A stretch of DNA of 64,000 bases from Bryobacteraceae bacterium (GTDB lineage: Bacteria; Acidobacteriota; Terriglobia; Bryobacterales; Bryobacteraceae), in the NCBI GenBank assembly GCA_035552355.1, contig DASZLP010000042.1, forward strand, positions 727 through 64,726, read 5' to 3'. The notes under the pieces were generated by a model. That model was not told where the DNA came from and did no database searches. It saw nothing but the letters and a program-made list of their open reading frames with translations. Positions 1 to 8,856 of the stretch are shown piece after piece; positions within the stretch are counted from its first letter, which is position 1; each line of letters opens with the position of its first letter. A program made the position numbers and the translations under genes.

Positions 1-995
1 TTCCAGTCCGGACGCGCATTCCCTTCGAACGAGCGTCCCGGCTGGTGCTGACGGCCGACAACCACAACTCGGTAAACGGTCTGCGTCTCGCCGCGCGGAC
101 GCGTGGGGCCGCGGTTGCGTATGTTCCGCTCGATCGGAACCTGTGCAGCAGGAATCCGGCGCCCTGGCTGCCGAAAGCGGGCGGCCCCTCGTTGTTTGCG
201 TATCCGGCGCAATCGAACTTCTCCGGCGTCCGGCATCCGCTTGAGTGGGTGCGGGCGGCGCAGGAGAACGGATACAACGTTCTCCTCGATGCCGCGGCTT
301 ACTTATCGTGCGCGCCGCTTTCGCTGCGCGATGTCTCGGCCGACTTCGTGGCGTTTTCGTTCTACAAACTGTTCGGCTACCCAACCGGCATCGGAGCGCT
401 CGTCGCGCGGCGCGAGGCGCTGGCGGCAGTGCGGCGGACGTACTTCGCTGGTGGCACCGTGCAGTTCGCATCCGTTCAAAACCGGATGATGCGGCTGAAG
501 ACCGGCGCCGAAGCATTCGAGGACGGTACGCCGAATTTTCTCTCGATGCCGGCAGTGTGCGATGGTCTCGAATGGATGAAAGCCCACGGACCTTGTGCGG
601 CGGTCGGGCATCTGTGCGCGTTGAAGCGGCGGCTTCTCGACGGATTCGCCGCGCTCGGCGAACGCGTGACGGTCTACGGCGCGAGCGACAGCGGGACGGT
701 GGCGTTCAATCTGAAGCAGCCGTTCGAGACGGTCGAAGCCACCGCCCGGGATGCGGGCATCGCGATTCGCGGCGGCTGCTTCTGCAATCCCGGCGCGGCA
801 GAAGCGGCATTCGGGATTCCGGCGGGGCGCGCGCGTGCCTGCCTTGAGCGCGAGGACTTCACGATCCCGCGCTTCCGCGAGTGTCTTGGCGGCCGTCCCG
901 TCGGCGGGCTCCGCGTATCGTTCGGCGTGGCAAACAACGCCGCGGATATTGACCGGCTGCTCGATTTCGTGGAGGAACAGACCCGCGTAAACTGA
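1..995 (+). CDS. Class V aminotransferase-fold PLP enzyme (MoCo-sulfurase/cysteine-desulfurase-like), C-terminal part; 5' end outside window
   Basis: Frame of ORF 45..995 stays open to the window edge (PVRTRIPFERASRLVLTADNHNS). The segments FSFYKLFGYPTGIGALVARR and GTPNF are typical of this fold. Confidence 0.7.
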   Translation, partial: PVRTRIPFERASRLVLTADNHNSVNGLRLAARTRGAAVAYVPLDRNLCSRNPAPWLPKAGGPSLFAYPAQSNFSGVRHPLEWVRAAQENGYNVLLDAAAYLSCAPLSLRDVSADFVAFSFYKLFGYPTGIGALVARREALAAVRRTYFAGGTVQFASVQNRMMRLKTGAEAFEDGTPNFLSMPAVCDGLEWMKAHGPCAAVGHLCALKRRLLDGFAALGERVTVYGASDSGTVAFNLKQPFETVEATARDAGIAIRGGCFCNPGAAEAAFGIPAGRARACLEREDFTIPRFRECLGGRPVGGLRVSFGVANNAADIDRLLDFVEEQTRVN

Positions 996-997
996 AA

Positions 998-2746
998 GTG
1001 ATGCGCGGGCTTGCGGCGTTGATCCCGGTTCTGGCGGCTGTGGCAGCTGACGCCCAGACCGTTTGTCCTCCGGCTCCGGAGTTCACTCCCTGCGAGCTGG
1101 TTTTCGACATCCCGTCCGCGGGTGGTGGCGAGGCGATCGATCTCGCGGCCGAGTTCCGATCCCCGCACCAGAACACCGGGCGCGCCCAGGCCTTTTGGGA
1201 CGGTGGAACGCGATGGGTCATCCGCTATACGGCGGCCGAGCCCGGCACATACAACTGGCGGCTGACCAGCACCATTGCGGGACTCGGCGGCAAAGAAGGA
1301 ACCTTCACCGCCACGCCCGTCGAGAAGCCCGGATGGCTGCGCGCGGCCAACATCCATCACTTTGCATTCGTCGATTCCGCCAACCAAAACAACCTGACGC
1401 CGCATCTCTGGATGGGCGCGATGGTCCCCGGATTCGCCTCCATGAGCGCCACGCAGTGGATGTCGCTTGTCGATACGCGATCCGCGCAGCACTTCAATCA
1501 TCTCGGCGTCACGTTGGTCGATGAAGCTCACGGCGCCGCCTTCCAGTCGCTCGAATTCTTCCACGCGGCGGAAGAGAAACTGCGTTACGCGAACCAGAAA
1601 AACATCATCGTCGACATAGCATTCTTCGCTGGTGACGGGCTGATGAACCGCCTGCTGCCATCTCACGACGTGCGGCAGAAGTGGTTTACGACCGCACTCT
1701 CGCGTCTCGCGGCCTTCGATGTGACGTGGCAAGGTATCGAAGACTGGGAGAGTTATGACAACGGCCGCGATCTGCTGAAGGAAATCGGTGACTACCTCGC
1801 GGCGCTCGATCCGTATAAACACACGCGGTCGACGCGCGCGGGCGTATCGTCTGGTCCCGTGGTCGACGATGGCTGGCTGCGCTACCGTTCGTATCAGGGC
1901 GGCGATGAAACCGTTGCCGCAATCGATCAGCAGGTCTACCAATATCCGTCGGTGAGTAATTTCGGGAACGATGCGACCGATGCCGATGCGTTCCGCCATC
2001 GCCTTTGGAACGCGACGGTCAGCGGCGCATATCCCTCGACGGCGATACCGAATGAGCAGGCCGCGAACGAGATGAAGATCTGGTACGAGTTCATGGAAGG
2101 CACGCGGCATTGGGAGCTCGAGCCGTTCTTCGATGTGGATAACGGCCGCGGTCTCTCGCTCGAAGGCGTCGAATACATCATCTATGTCGAGAAGCCGGGG
2201 CCGGTAACCGTGAATCTGGAAAAGCACGGCTACGATGGCCGATGGTTCGATCCGGCGACGGGGCAATCGGTGAAGATCAAGGAGATCAAGACCGAGGTTT
2301 TCACCGGCGAGCCTCCCGACCGCACGCACGATTGGGTGCTGCAGATCTCGCGCGAGGGCCACAAGGCATCGATGCTGAAAAGCTACCGGTTCGATTCGCG
2401 CGAGGAAGGCATCCAGATGCAGCAGATCGAGGGGAATCCGGACAAGGTCCCGTTCGACCTAGTCGAGCCCGCGGGTGACACGGTCTCCCTGAGCCGGCCC
2501 GCGTCGTTTTCGATCAAGCTGAAGCGCGAAACGAAAGCGCTGCGGCGCATGATGTACGAGTGGACGGGCGAAGTCACTGTCGATGGCAGGAGCTATCGGG
2601 TCATCGGCACGGGCGCGAGCGGCACGCTGCACATTCCGCCGAATATCGCGCGCAATTATCCGGCGGCGCTGCACATTCGCATCCTCGCAATGAATGCGCT
2701 TGGCAAGGTGTACGCGCTGGATCGAAACTATACGCTGACGAAATGA
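998..2746 (+). CDS. Secreted DUF5060/DUF4038-like (glycoside-hydrolase-fold) protein
   Basis: 582-aa ORF with signal peptide MMRGLAALIPVLAAVAADA. The N-terminal beta-sandwich-like segment and central region resemble DUF5060/DUF4038 proteins as I recall them. Confidence 0.55.
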   Translation: MMRGLAALIPVLAAVAADAQTVCPPAPEFTPCELVFDIPSAGGGEAIDLAAEFRSPHQNTGRAQAFWDGGTRWVIRYTAAEPGTYNWRLTSTIAGLGGKEGTFTATPVEKPGWLRAANIHHFAFVDSANQNNLTPHLWMGAMVPGFASMSATQWMSLVDTRSAQHFNHLGVTLVDEAHGAAFQSLEFFHAAEEKLRYANQKNIIVDIAFFAGDGLMNRLLPSHDVRQKWFTTALSRLAAFDVTWQGIEDWESYDNGRDLLKEIGDYLAALDPYKHTRSTRAGVSSGPVVDDGWLRYRSYQGGDETVAAIDQQVYQYPSVSNFGNDATDADAFRHRLWNATVSGAYPSTAIPNEQAANEMKIWYEFMEGTRHWELEPFFDVDNGRGLSLEGVEYIIYVEKPGPVTVNLEKHGYDGRWFDPATGQSVKIKEIKTEVFTGEPPDRTHDWVLQISREGHKASMLKSYRFDSREEGIQMQQIEGNPDKVPFDLVEPAGDTVSLSRPASFSIKLKRETKALRRMMYEWTGEVTVDGRSYRVIGTGASGTLHIPPNIARNYPAALHIRILAMNALGKVYALDRNYTLTK

Positions 2747-2765
2747 ATCCCCAATACAGGTATGG

Positions 2766-3434
2766 ATGCTGACGCTGGCCGTCGATACTACAGCCGATGC
2801 GGGCAGCATCGCGCTGGCGGATGATAACGGGTTCGGCGAGGAAATTATCGTCGAAGCGCCGCGGGGCTTCAGCCGCGTGCTCTTTGGCGAGATCGAGCAA
2901 TTGCTGGCTCGACAGCGGGTCAAGCTCGCGGAAATCGACCTGTTCGCGGCCGCGGCCGGTCCGGGGTCTTTCACCGGCGTGCGCGTGGGTCTTTCCGCAA
3001 TGAAGGGGCTCGCGGAAGTGCTGCGGAAGCCGATCGCCGCCGTGTCGAATCTCGCGGCGCTGGCGGAATTCGGGGACTCAGACCTGCGCGCCACGATCAT
3101 CGACGCGCGGCGGGGCGAAGTCTACGGTGCGGTTTATGACCACGGCGGACGGTTGATTATCCCGGAAGTCGTGCTGCCATTTGAAAAGTTTCCCGGGTTA
3201 CTGCCTTCGGCAAACATCGAATGGATCGCGCAGGATTTCGAGCCCTTTCGCGCAGCGCTCGCCGGGACGCAATTCGAGAGCCGCCCGGTGGTGAAGGCAC
3301 CCGCGGCCCTGGCCGATGCGGTCGCGCGGATTGCGATGCGGCGCGCGGCAGCGGGGCTGGCTACGGATCCGGCCACGATCGAAGCGAACTACGTGCGGCG
3401 CTCCGACGCGGAGTTGTTGTTCAAAGCCGGCTAA
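2766..3434 (+). CDS. tsaB: tRNA t6A37 threonylcarbamoyl-adenosine modification protein TsaB
   Basis: MLTLAVDTTADAGSIALA N-terminus and GPGSFTGVRVG motif; length 222 aa. Confidence 0.85.
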   Translation: MLTLAVDTTADAGSIALADDNGFGEEIIVEAPRGFSRVLFGEIEQLLARQRVKLAEIDLFAAAAGPGSFTGVRVGLSAMKGLAEVLRKPIAAVSNLAALAEFGDSDLRATIIDARRGEVYGAVYDHGGRLIIPEVVLPFEKFPGLLPSANIEWIAQDFEPFRAALAGTQFESRPVVKAPAALADAVARIAMRRAAAGLATDPATIEANYVRRSDAELLFKAG

Positions 3435-3467
3435 TATGCGATCCCGATGATATCCTCGCAGAACTGA

Positions 3468-4394
3468 ATGGCGCGAGCGGCGCGACAACTCGAACTCGCC
3501 GGCGTTTTTGCGTCTGCCATCACTCCGCGCCGGGGCAACACACAGGACGCCGACTTTTCCGGGCTCCTCGACCTGCTCGATTTCCTCGCCTCCGGGGGCG
3601 TGAAGGGCGTTTGCCTCTGCGGCCCGACCGGCGAATTTCTGAACTACAGTTTCGCCGAACGGCAGCGCATGATTTATCTCGGCGTGAAGCGCAGCCGCGT
3701 GCCGATCCTGGCCGGCGTCTCGCACTCGACGTTTGCGGGCGCGGTGCAGCTTGCCGACGAAGCTATCGCGGCCGGAGCCGACGGATTGATTCTGATGCCG
3801 CCGTACTTTTTTCGATATGCGCAGAGTGAGATCGAGGAATTCTATCTGGAGTTCGCGAAGGAAACAGGCGACGCCGTGCCGATCGTGATTCAAAATTTTC
3901 CGCAAGTCGCTTCCGCTATCGGAATTGACCTCATGCGTCGTCTCATCGACACCGGCCGCTTTGCCGGTATCGAAGATTCGAGCGGCGATCCCGAGACTCT
4001 CCGGCAGCTTTTGGAACTCCGACGGACTCGGCCGTTCGCGCTCCTGTCGGGCGATGACCGGAGAGCGGCGGAAGCCTTACGCGCGGGCGCCCACGGCGTG
4101 ATCTCCGGCGTCGCCTGCGCCGCACCCGAGGTGCTCATGTCGCTGGCGCAGGCAATCGCGGCGAACGCTGAGGCACAGGCCGAAGCGATGCACGCGCGAT
4201 TGCTCGAGTTCGTGGAGTGGGCGGACCGGTTTCCCTATCCCGTCGCAATCAAACGTGCGGTGGAACTGCGCGGCCAGCATTCCGCGCCTCCGCTCGCCCC
4301 ACTCGGGCCGGAAGCACGAGCCGCGCTCGACGAGTTTTCCAAATGGTTTGCAGCATGGCTCCCGCAGGCGAAGAAAGCAGCGTCGAATGGGTAA
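3468..4394 (+). CDS. Dihydrodipicolinate synthase/N-acetylneuraminate lyase family protein (paralog of dapA, unknown substrate)
   Basis: 308 aa. GVFASAITPRR..GVKGVCLCGPTGEFLNYSFAERQRMI matches the DapA-family N-terminal pattern. Confidence 0.75.
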   Translation: MARAARQLELAGVFASAITPRRGNTQDADFSGLLDLLDFLASGGVKGVCLCGPTGEFLNYSFAERQRMIYLGVKRSRVPILAGVSHSTFAGAVQLADEAIAAGADGLILMPPYFFRYAQSEIEEFYLEFAKETGDAVPIVIQNFPQVASAIGIDLMRRLIDTGRFAGIEDSSGDPETLRQLLELRRTRPFALLSGDDRRAAEALRAGAHGVISGVACAAPEVLMSLAQAIAANAEAQAEAMHARLLEFVEWADRFPYPVAIKRAVELRGQHSAPPLAPLGPEARAALDEFSKWFAAWLPQAKKAASNG

Positions 4395-5760
4395 TCTGTC
4401 CGACTTTCGCGAATTCGGTCACAAGCTCATCGACTGGGTTGCGGACTATCTGGAATCGCCGGAACGCTACCCGGTGCTGTCGCAGGTGAAGCCGGGCGAG
4501 ATCGTGAACGGTCTTCCCGCGCATGGTCCGATGCAGGGCGAGCCGCTCGATCGCATCTTCGAGGATTTCGAGCGCGTGATCCTGCCCGGCATCACGCATT
4601 GGAACCATCCGCGCTTCCTCGCGTTCTTCGCGAACACTTCTTCGCCGCCCGCCGTGCTCGGCGAGCTCCTGGCCGCGGCTTTGAATGCGAATGGCATTCT
4701 CTGGAAAACATCGCCGGCCGTGACGGAGCTCGAAATCGTAACCCTGCGCTGGCTGCTCGACTGGCTCGGGTTGCCCGAGGACTGGTTTGGAATGATCCTC
4801 GACACGGCCTCCACCAGCACTTTGCATGCGATTGCGGCCGCGCGCATGGCGATGGCGCCGGAAACACGCGAGGACGGCGCGCCGCGGGATTTGATTCTTT
4901 ACACGTCCGATCAGGCGCACTCCTCCGTCGAAAAGGGCGCCATGGCGCTGGGATTCGGACGCAGCAACGTGCGCACCATCGGATCGGACGCGGAATTCCG
5001 CATGCACCCTGATCTGCTCGAACAAGCCATCGCGCGCGACCGCGCCGCCGGATTGCGCCCGTGTTGTGTCGTCGCGACGGTTGGAACGACATCGACCACG
5101 GGCATCGACCCGGTGCCCGCGATCGCGGAGATCGCACGCCGCGAAGAGCTGTGGCTGCACGTCGATGCCGCATACGCGGGGTCCGCGGCCATCGTGCCCG
5201 AGTTTCGCTGGATTCTCGACGGCTGCGAGCGTGCCGATTCGTTTGTGTTCAATCCGCACAAATGGCTGATGGTGCCGGTCGATTGCAGCGTGCTCTATTG
5301 CCGCCATCCGGACGTGCTGCGGCGGACCTTCTCACTCGTGCCGGAGATTCTGAAAACGACCGACGGCGGCCTCAACATGATGGACTACGGGATTCCGCTC
5401 GGTCGCCGTTTCCGCGCCCTGAAGCTGTGGTTCGTGCTGCGGTACTACGGGCGCGACAGGTTGGCCGGAATCATCCGCGACCAGATCGCCATGGCCCGCG
5501 AGCTCTCGGCGCGCATCGCCGCCGACGCGCGATTTGAGATCTGTGCGCCCACGGTCTTCTCGGTGGTCTGTTTCAGGCTGCGCAGCTCGAATGCCGCCAA
5601 CCGCGCGCTGCTGGACGCGGTCAACAGTGCGGGACAGTTCTATATTTCCGCGACTGTTGCTGGCGGCCGTACGATCCTGCGCATCGCGGTGGGAAATATG
5701 CTGACGACCCGCGGGACGCTGGACGAACTGTGGACCCTGATCGACGGGTTGACCGAGTAG
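4387..5760 (+). CDS. Group II PLP-dependent decarboxylase (aromatic-L-amino-acid/tyrosine decarboxylase-like)
   Basis: Start at ATG 4387 gives MGNLSDFREFGHKLIDWVADYLE. PLP-lysine motif FNPHKWLMVPVDCS. The start overlaps the upstream stop by 8 nt. Confidence 0.8.
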   Translation: MGNLSDFREFGHKLIDWVADYLESPERYPVLSQVKPGEIVNGLPAHGPMQGEPLDRIFEDFERVILPGITHWNHPRFLAFFANTSSPPAVLGELLAAALNANGILWKTSPAVTELEIVTLRWLLDWLGLPEDWFGMILDTASTSTLHAIAAARMAMAPETREDGAPRDLILYTSDQAHSSVEKGAMALGFGRSNVRTIGSDAEFRMHPDLLEQAIARDRAAGLRPCCVVATVGTTSTTGIDPVPAIAEIARREELWLHVDAAYAGSAAIVPEFRWILDGCERADSFVFNPHKWLMVPVDCSVLYCRHPDVLRRTFSLVPEILKTTDGGLNMMDYGIPLGRRFRALKLWFVLRYYGRDRLAGIIRDQIAMARELSARIAADARFEICAPTVFSVVCFRLRSSNAANRALLDAVNSAGQFYISATVAGGRTILRIAVGNMLTTRGTLDELWTLIDGLTE

Positions 5761-5768
5761 AAAATGGG

Positions 5769-6122
5769 TCAGCGAGCCGCGCGCGTAGACTTCGGCCGCA
5801 GATAGAAGTCAAAGCTCAAATCGGGATATTGCCGGTAGAGCTCGACCACGTGGTCGTAAATCCGCGTCCAGAGCTCGGCTCGGAAGCCCGGTACCGCAAC
5901 CCGCACGTTAAACAGCGTCTGGTGATCGATGCTGATGTCGACGGAGCCCGGACCGGAAATGGCCTCGATGTCCGCTTTGATGGCCTTCGCAAGCGCGGGA
6001 CCGCCTTCGATTACGGTCACCGGGATGCGGACCGCCGGCACCGGCGCCTTCGGGCCTTCCTCTTTGTTCGTTGTTGTCGTGGTGGTCAGGAAAGCGGCGA
6101 GTGCCAATCCGAGCATCAACAT
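5769..6122 (-). CDS. Small secreted/lipoprotein-like hypothetical protein
   Basis: 117-aa ORF with hydrophobic N-terminus MLMLGLALAAFL followed by a Thr-rich linker. No family recognised. Confidence 0.5.
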   Translation of the reverse strand: MLMLGLALAAFLTTTTTTNKEEGPKAPVPAVRIPVTVIEGGPALAKAIKADIEAISGPGSVDISIDHQTLFNVRVAVPGFRAELWTRIYDHVVELYRQYPDLSFDFYLRPKSTRAAR

Positions 6123-6180
6123 CGAAACGTCTCCCTGTTCAAAAGATACACCAGGCTGGCGAGGAATCGATCCCGCTCCG

Positions 6181-6705
6181 CTACTTCATGACCGAAAGAT
6201 ATGCGGCCCACGGTCCCACTTCATTCTTCCAACGCCTTGCCATCACGCGGCTGATCTGCACGATGTGGGCCAAATCGTGCGCCGTCCACGTGGCCAGAAG
6301 CTGCCGGACGGTGACCGGACCCAGATCGGGATGGGTCCCGCGCAGGTCCAGTTGGGCGGGCTGGAGATCGAGGGCGCGTAGCCGCGCAACGTTGTCCCGG
6401 CGCAACGCGCTGAAGTCGTCGAGCAGTTGCGCGAGCGCCTTGCCGCGGCTGTCGCGGAACTGCGCCTCCCGGTCGAACACGTCGAATGGCCGCGCGGGGC
6501 CGTAATCCAGCATGATGCCGAGACGCGGCATCCAGTCGGCTTCTTCGCAATGAATCAAATGCCCGACGACCACGTAGGGGCTCCAGGTGCCCGGACCCTC
6601 GGTGGCAGCAGTCCATACGTCCGGCAGGCCGCGCAGCGCGGTGTCGAGCACTGCAGGGGTGCGAGTCAGGACGGACAGGCATTCTTCCACGAAGGCATCG
6701 GCCAT
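6181..6705 (-). CDS. DinB-family (DinB_2 four-helix bundle) protein
   Basis: 174 aa. His triad context VVGHLIH..., TWTAHDLAHIVQI. Confidence 0.8.
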   Translation of the reverse strand: MADAFVEECLSVLTRTPAVLDTALRGLPDVWTAATEGPGTWSPYVVVGHLIHCEEADWMPRLGIMLDYGPARPFDVFDREAQFRDSRGKALAQLLDDFSALRRDNVARLRALDLQPAQLDLRGTHPDLGPVTVRQLLATWTAHDLAHIVQISRVMARRWKNEVGPWAAYLSVMK

Positions 6706-6760
6706 GCAGCCATCATATGCAGGGACGCGAAACCGTTATAAACTTGGCTGGAAATCCGGC

Positions 6761-7516
6761 ATGTCACCATTGCGAACACTGCTTGTTTTTCTGTTGTGGC
6801 TTGTGTGCGCCCAAGCGCAATGGATCAACCACCCAACAATCGGCATTCCACGCACGAAGGACGGAAAAGTCAACGTTTCGGCTCCGGCGCCGCGCGACCG
6901 CGACGGCAAGCCCGATCTTTCCGGCATCTGGACCGTCACCGATCAAAAATATCTGGATAATCTCGGCGCGGACGGCGTCGAGATCCCAATGCTGCCGTGG
7001 GCCGCGAAAATCTATGCCGAACGCCAGGAGAACAACGGCCGCGACCGGCCCAGCGGACGCTGCCTGCCGCACGGCGTGACGGACTTCGATGCGCTCTTCC
7101 AGCCGCGGAAGTTCATTCAGACGCCCACCGAGATCGTGTTGCTGTTCGAGAGCTACCATTCCTACCGGCAGATTTTCATGGATGGGCGCGCGCTGCCGAA
7201 GTCCGCTGAGCCTTCGTGGTTCGGGGCGTCGGTCGGGAAGTGGATGGGCGACACGCTCGTCGTCGAAACTGCCGGCCTGAGCGACGAGACATGGCTCGAC
7301 GATGGTGGCCATCCGCATACCGACGCGCTCCGCCTGACCGAGCGCTTCCACCGCCGCGACTTCGGCCATCTCGACGTGGAGATTACGATCAACGATCCGA
7401 AGACATACGCGAAACCGTGGACCGTGAAGATTCCCTGGGATTACCTGCCCGACACCGAACTGCTCGACTGGGTGTGCGAGAACAATCGCGACGTCGGGCA
7501 CATGGTCGGCAAGTGA
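6761..7516 (+). CDS. Secreted hypothetical protein, member 1 of a three-member paralog family in this window
   Basis: ATG 6761 gives signal peptide MSPLRTLLVFLLWLVCAQA. Shares DGKPDLSGIW, TLVVETAGLSDETWLD..HTDALRLTERF and INDPKTYAKPWTV with ORFs 20089..21123 and 21179..21994. Confidence 0.75.
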   Translation: MSPLRTLLVFLLWLVCAQAQWINHPTIGIPRTKDGKVNVSAPAPRDRDGKPDLSGIWTVTDQKYLDNLGADGVEIPMLPWAAKIYAERQENNGRDRPSGRCLPHGVTDFDALFQPRKFIQTPTEIVLLFESYHSYRQIFMDGRALPKSAEPSWFGASVGKWMGDTLVVETAGLSDETWLDDGGHPHTDALRLTERFHRRDFGHLDVEITINDPKTYAKPWTVKIPWDYLPDTELLDWVCENNRDVGHMVGK

Positions 7517-7531
7517 GCGCGTGTGCGCGAA

Positions 7532-8260
7532 TCAGCGCGCCGCGTTCAGCACTTTCGCCACAAACAACGCCGGCGCCTGAACGTTCGCCATGTGGCTCTG
7601 ACCTTCGAGCGTGACGCTCCTGCATGCTGGCGCCGAACTGCAAATGAACTCAGTGCCTTCCTTCATCCAGGCGGGGCTCTCGCTTCCGACCAGCATCGTG
7701 GTCGGGACGTTCCACCTCTTCAGCTCGTCTCGCAATGCCGCCGCACGCCCTTCGAAGCCGCCCGACGTTTCCATTTCGCGCGGCAGTGTGTTGCCGGTCA
7801 AAACGAGACCGGGCCAGGCAGGACTTGATCGAACGGCGTGCGCGCGCTCCTTACCGAAGACCGTGCCGAGAAACAGCTCGGTGACTCGGTCGCGATCGTC
7901 GGCCGCGAGCGCTGCCTTTGCCTCCGTCAGCGTGGTCGCATGACCCGGATTACGATTCGCGAACACAGGCGGCTCATAGAGGATCACGTGGGCGACGTTC
8001 TTCAAGCCACCGTTGGCCTTCATGCCCTGCACGACGATCAGTGCGCCATAGGAATGTCCAACCAGAACGACAGGCTCTCCGATCGCGGCGACCATGGCGG
8101 CCACGTCCTCCACCTCGCGATCGATCGAGTACGCCGGACCGTCGCCGCTGGGAGCGCGTCCCCGGCGCTCCATCACGTAGACGGTGAAATGCTGGCGCAA
8201 CTCGGGAAGGACGGCAAGCCACTCCGTACCCGTGGCGGCCGCGCCGTGGATCAGCAGCAT
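7532..8260 (-). CDS. Alpha/beta hydrolase
   Basis: LLIHGAAATGTEW, nucleophile elbow VGHSYGA. Protein-like sequence continues upstream of ATG 8260 with no canonical start (see findings). Confidence 0.8.
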   Translation of the reverse strand: MLLIHGAAATGTEWLAVLPELRQHFTVYVMERRGRAPSGDGPAYSIDREVEDVAAMVAAIGEPVVLVGHSYGALIVVQGMKANGGLKNVAHVILYEPPVFANRNPGHATTLTEAKAALAADDRDRVTELFLGTVFGKERAHAVRSSPAWPGLVLTGNTLPREMETSGGFEGRAAALRDELKRWNVPTTMLVGSESPAWMKEGTEFICSSAPACRSVTLEGQSHMANVQAPALFVAKVLNAAR

Positions 8261-8352
8261 GGCGGGACCGGAGCCTGTCTTCGAGTACGCGATTGTGGTT
8301 TCGTCTTTGGAGATAACTTCCAGCGGTGTTCGTGTCAGGATAACTACCCGGG

Positions 8353-8805
8353 TTACTTCGTGTCGACCTTGACGACCTGAATCATGAGGCTTTTCGGCAC
8401 CAGCATCTGATGCGGAACGCCTGCCGGAATATGAAAGACATCGCCCTGAGCCATCGGCTTGCGCACCCCGCCGGTGATGGACTTGCCGCGAATCTCGCCT
8501 GGCCCCGTCGTCTTCGCGCCGACCATCGTTCCGCCGACGACCAGAGTCCCCTCGCCCGACACCACCGTCACCACGTCGACCTGCTTGTCATGGGTCTCCG
8601 CGGCGCCGTCGCCCTCGCGGCGGACGAGCAGCAGTCCGTGATTTCCCCATGTAGCCACGCGATCCGCGCCGGCCTTGTTTTCGTCCAGTTTGGCGGCTTT
8701 GAGGCGCGCCTGGATATCGGAAGCCTTGTACATGGCGAAGCCCTCGGGGTCCGCGGCAAAAGCGGTTGCGGCGAGAGACAGAACGACGAGCGGCAGTAGT
8801 TTCAT
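8353..8805 (-). CDS. Secreted cupin-domain protein
   Basis: Internal ATG 8805 gives signal peptide MKLLPLVVLSLAATAFA. Cupin motif GDVFHIPAGVPHQM. Confidence 0.75.
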   Translation of the reverse strand: MKLLPLVVLSLAATAFAADPEGFAMYKASDIQARLKAAKLDENKAGADRVATWGNHGLLLVRREGDGAAETHDKQVDVVTVVSGEGTLVVGGTMVGAKTTGPGEIRGKSITGGVRKPMAQGDVFHIPAGVPHQMLVPKSLMIQVVKVDTK

Positions 8806-8856
8806 GCGTCGGATCGTATCAGACCGGGCTGTTTGTTTCAACGCGCTCGGCGTTAT

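Noticed and set aside
674-2362. 562-aa ORF on the minus strand, antisense to the 998..2746 gene
   Set aside because: Arg/Pro/Gly/Ala-rich composition with no recognisable motifs. It fully overlaps a gene with a signal peptide and sensible sequence. Typical high-GC shadow ORF.
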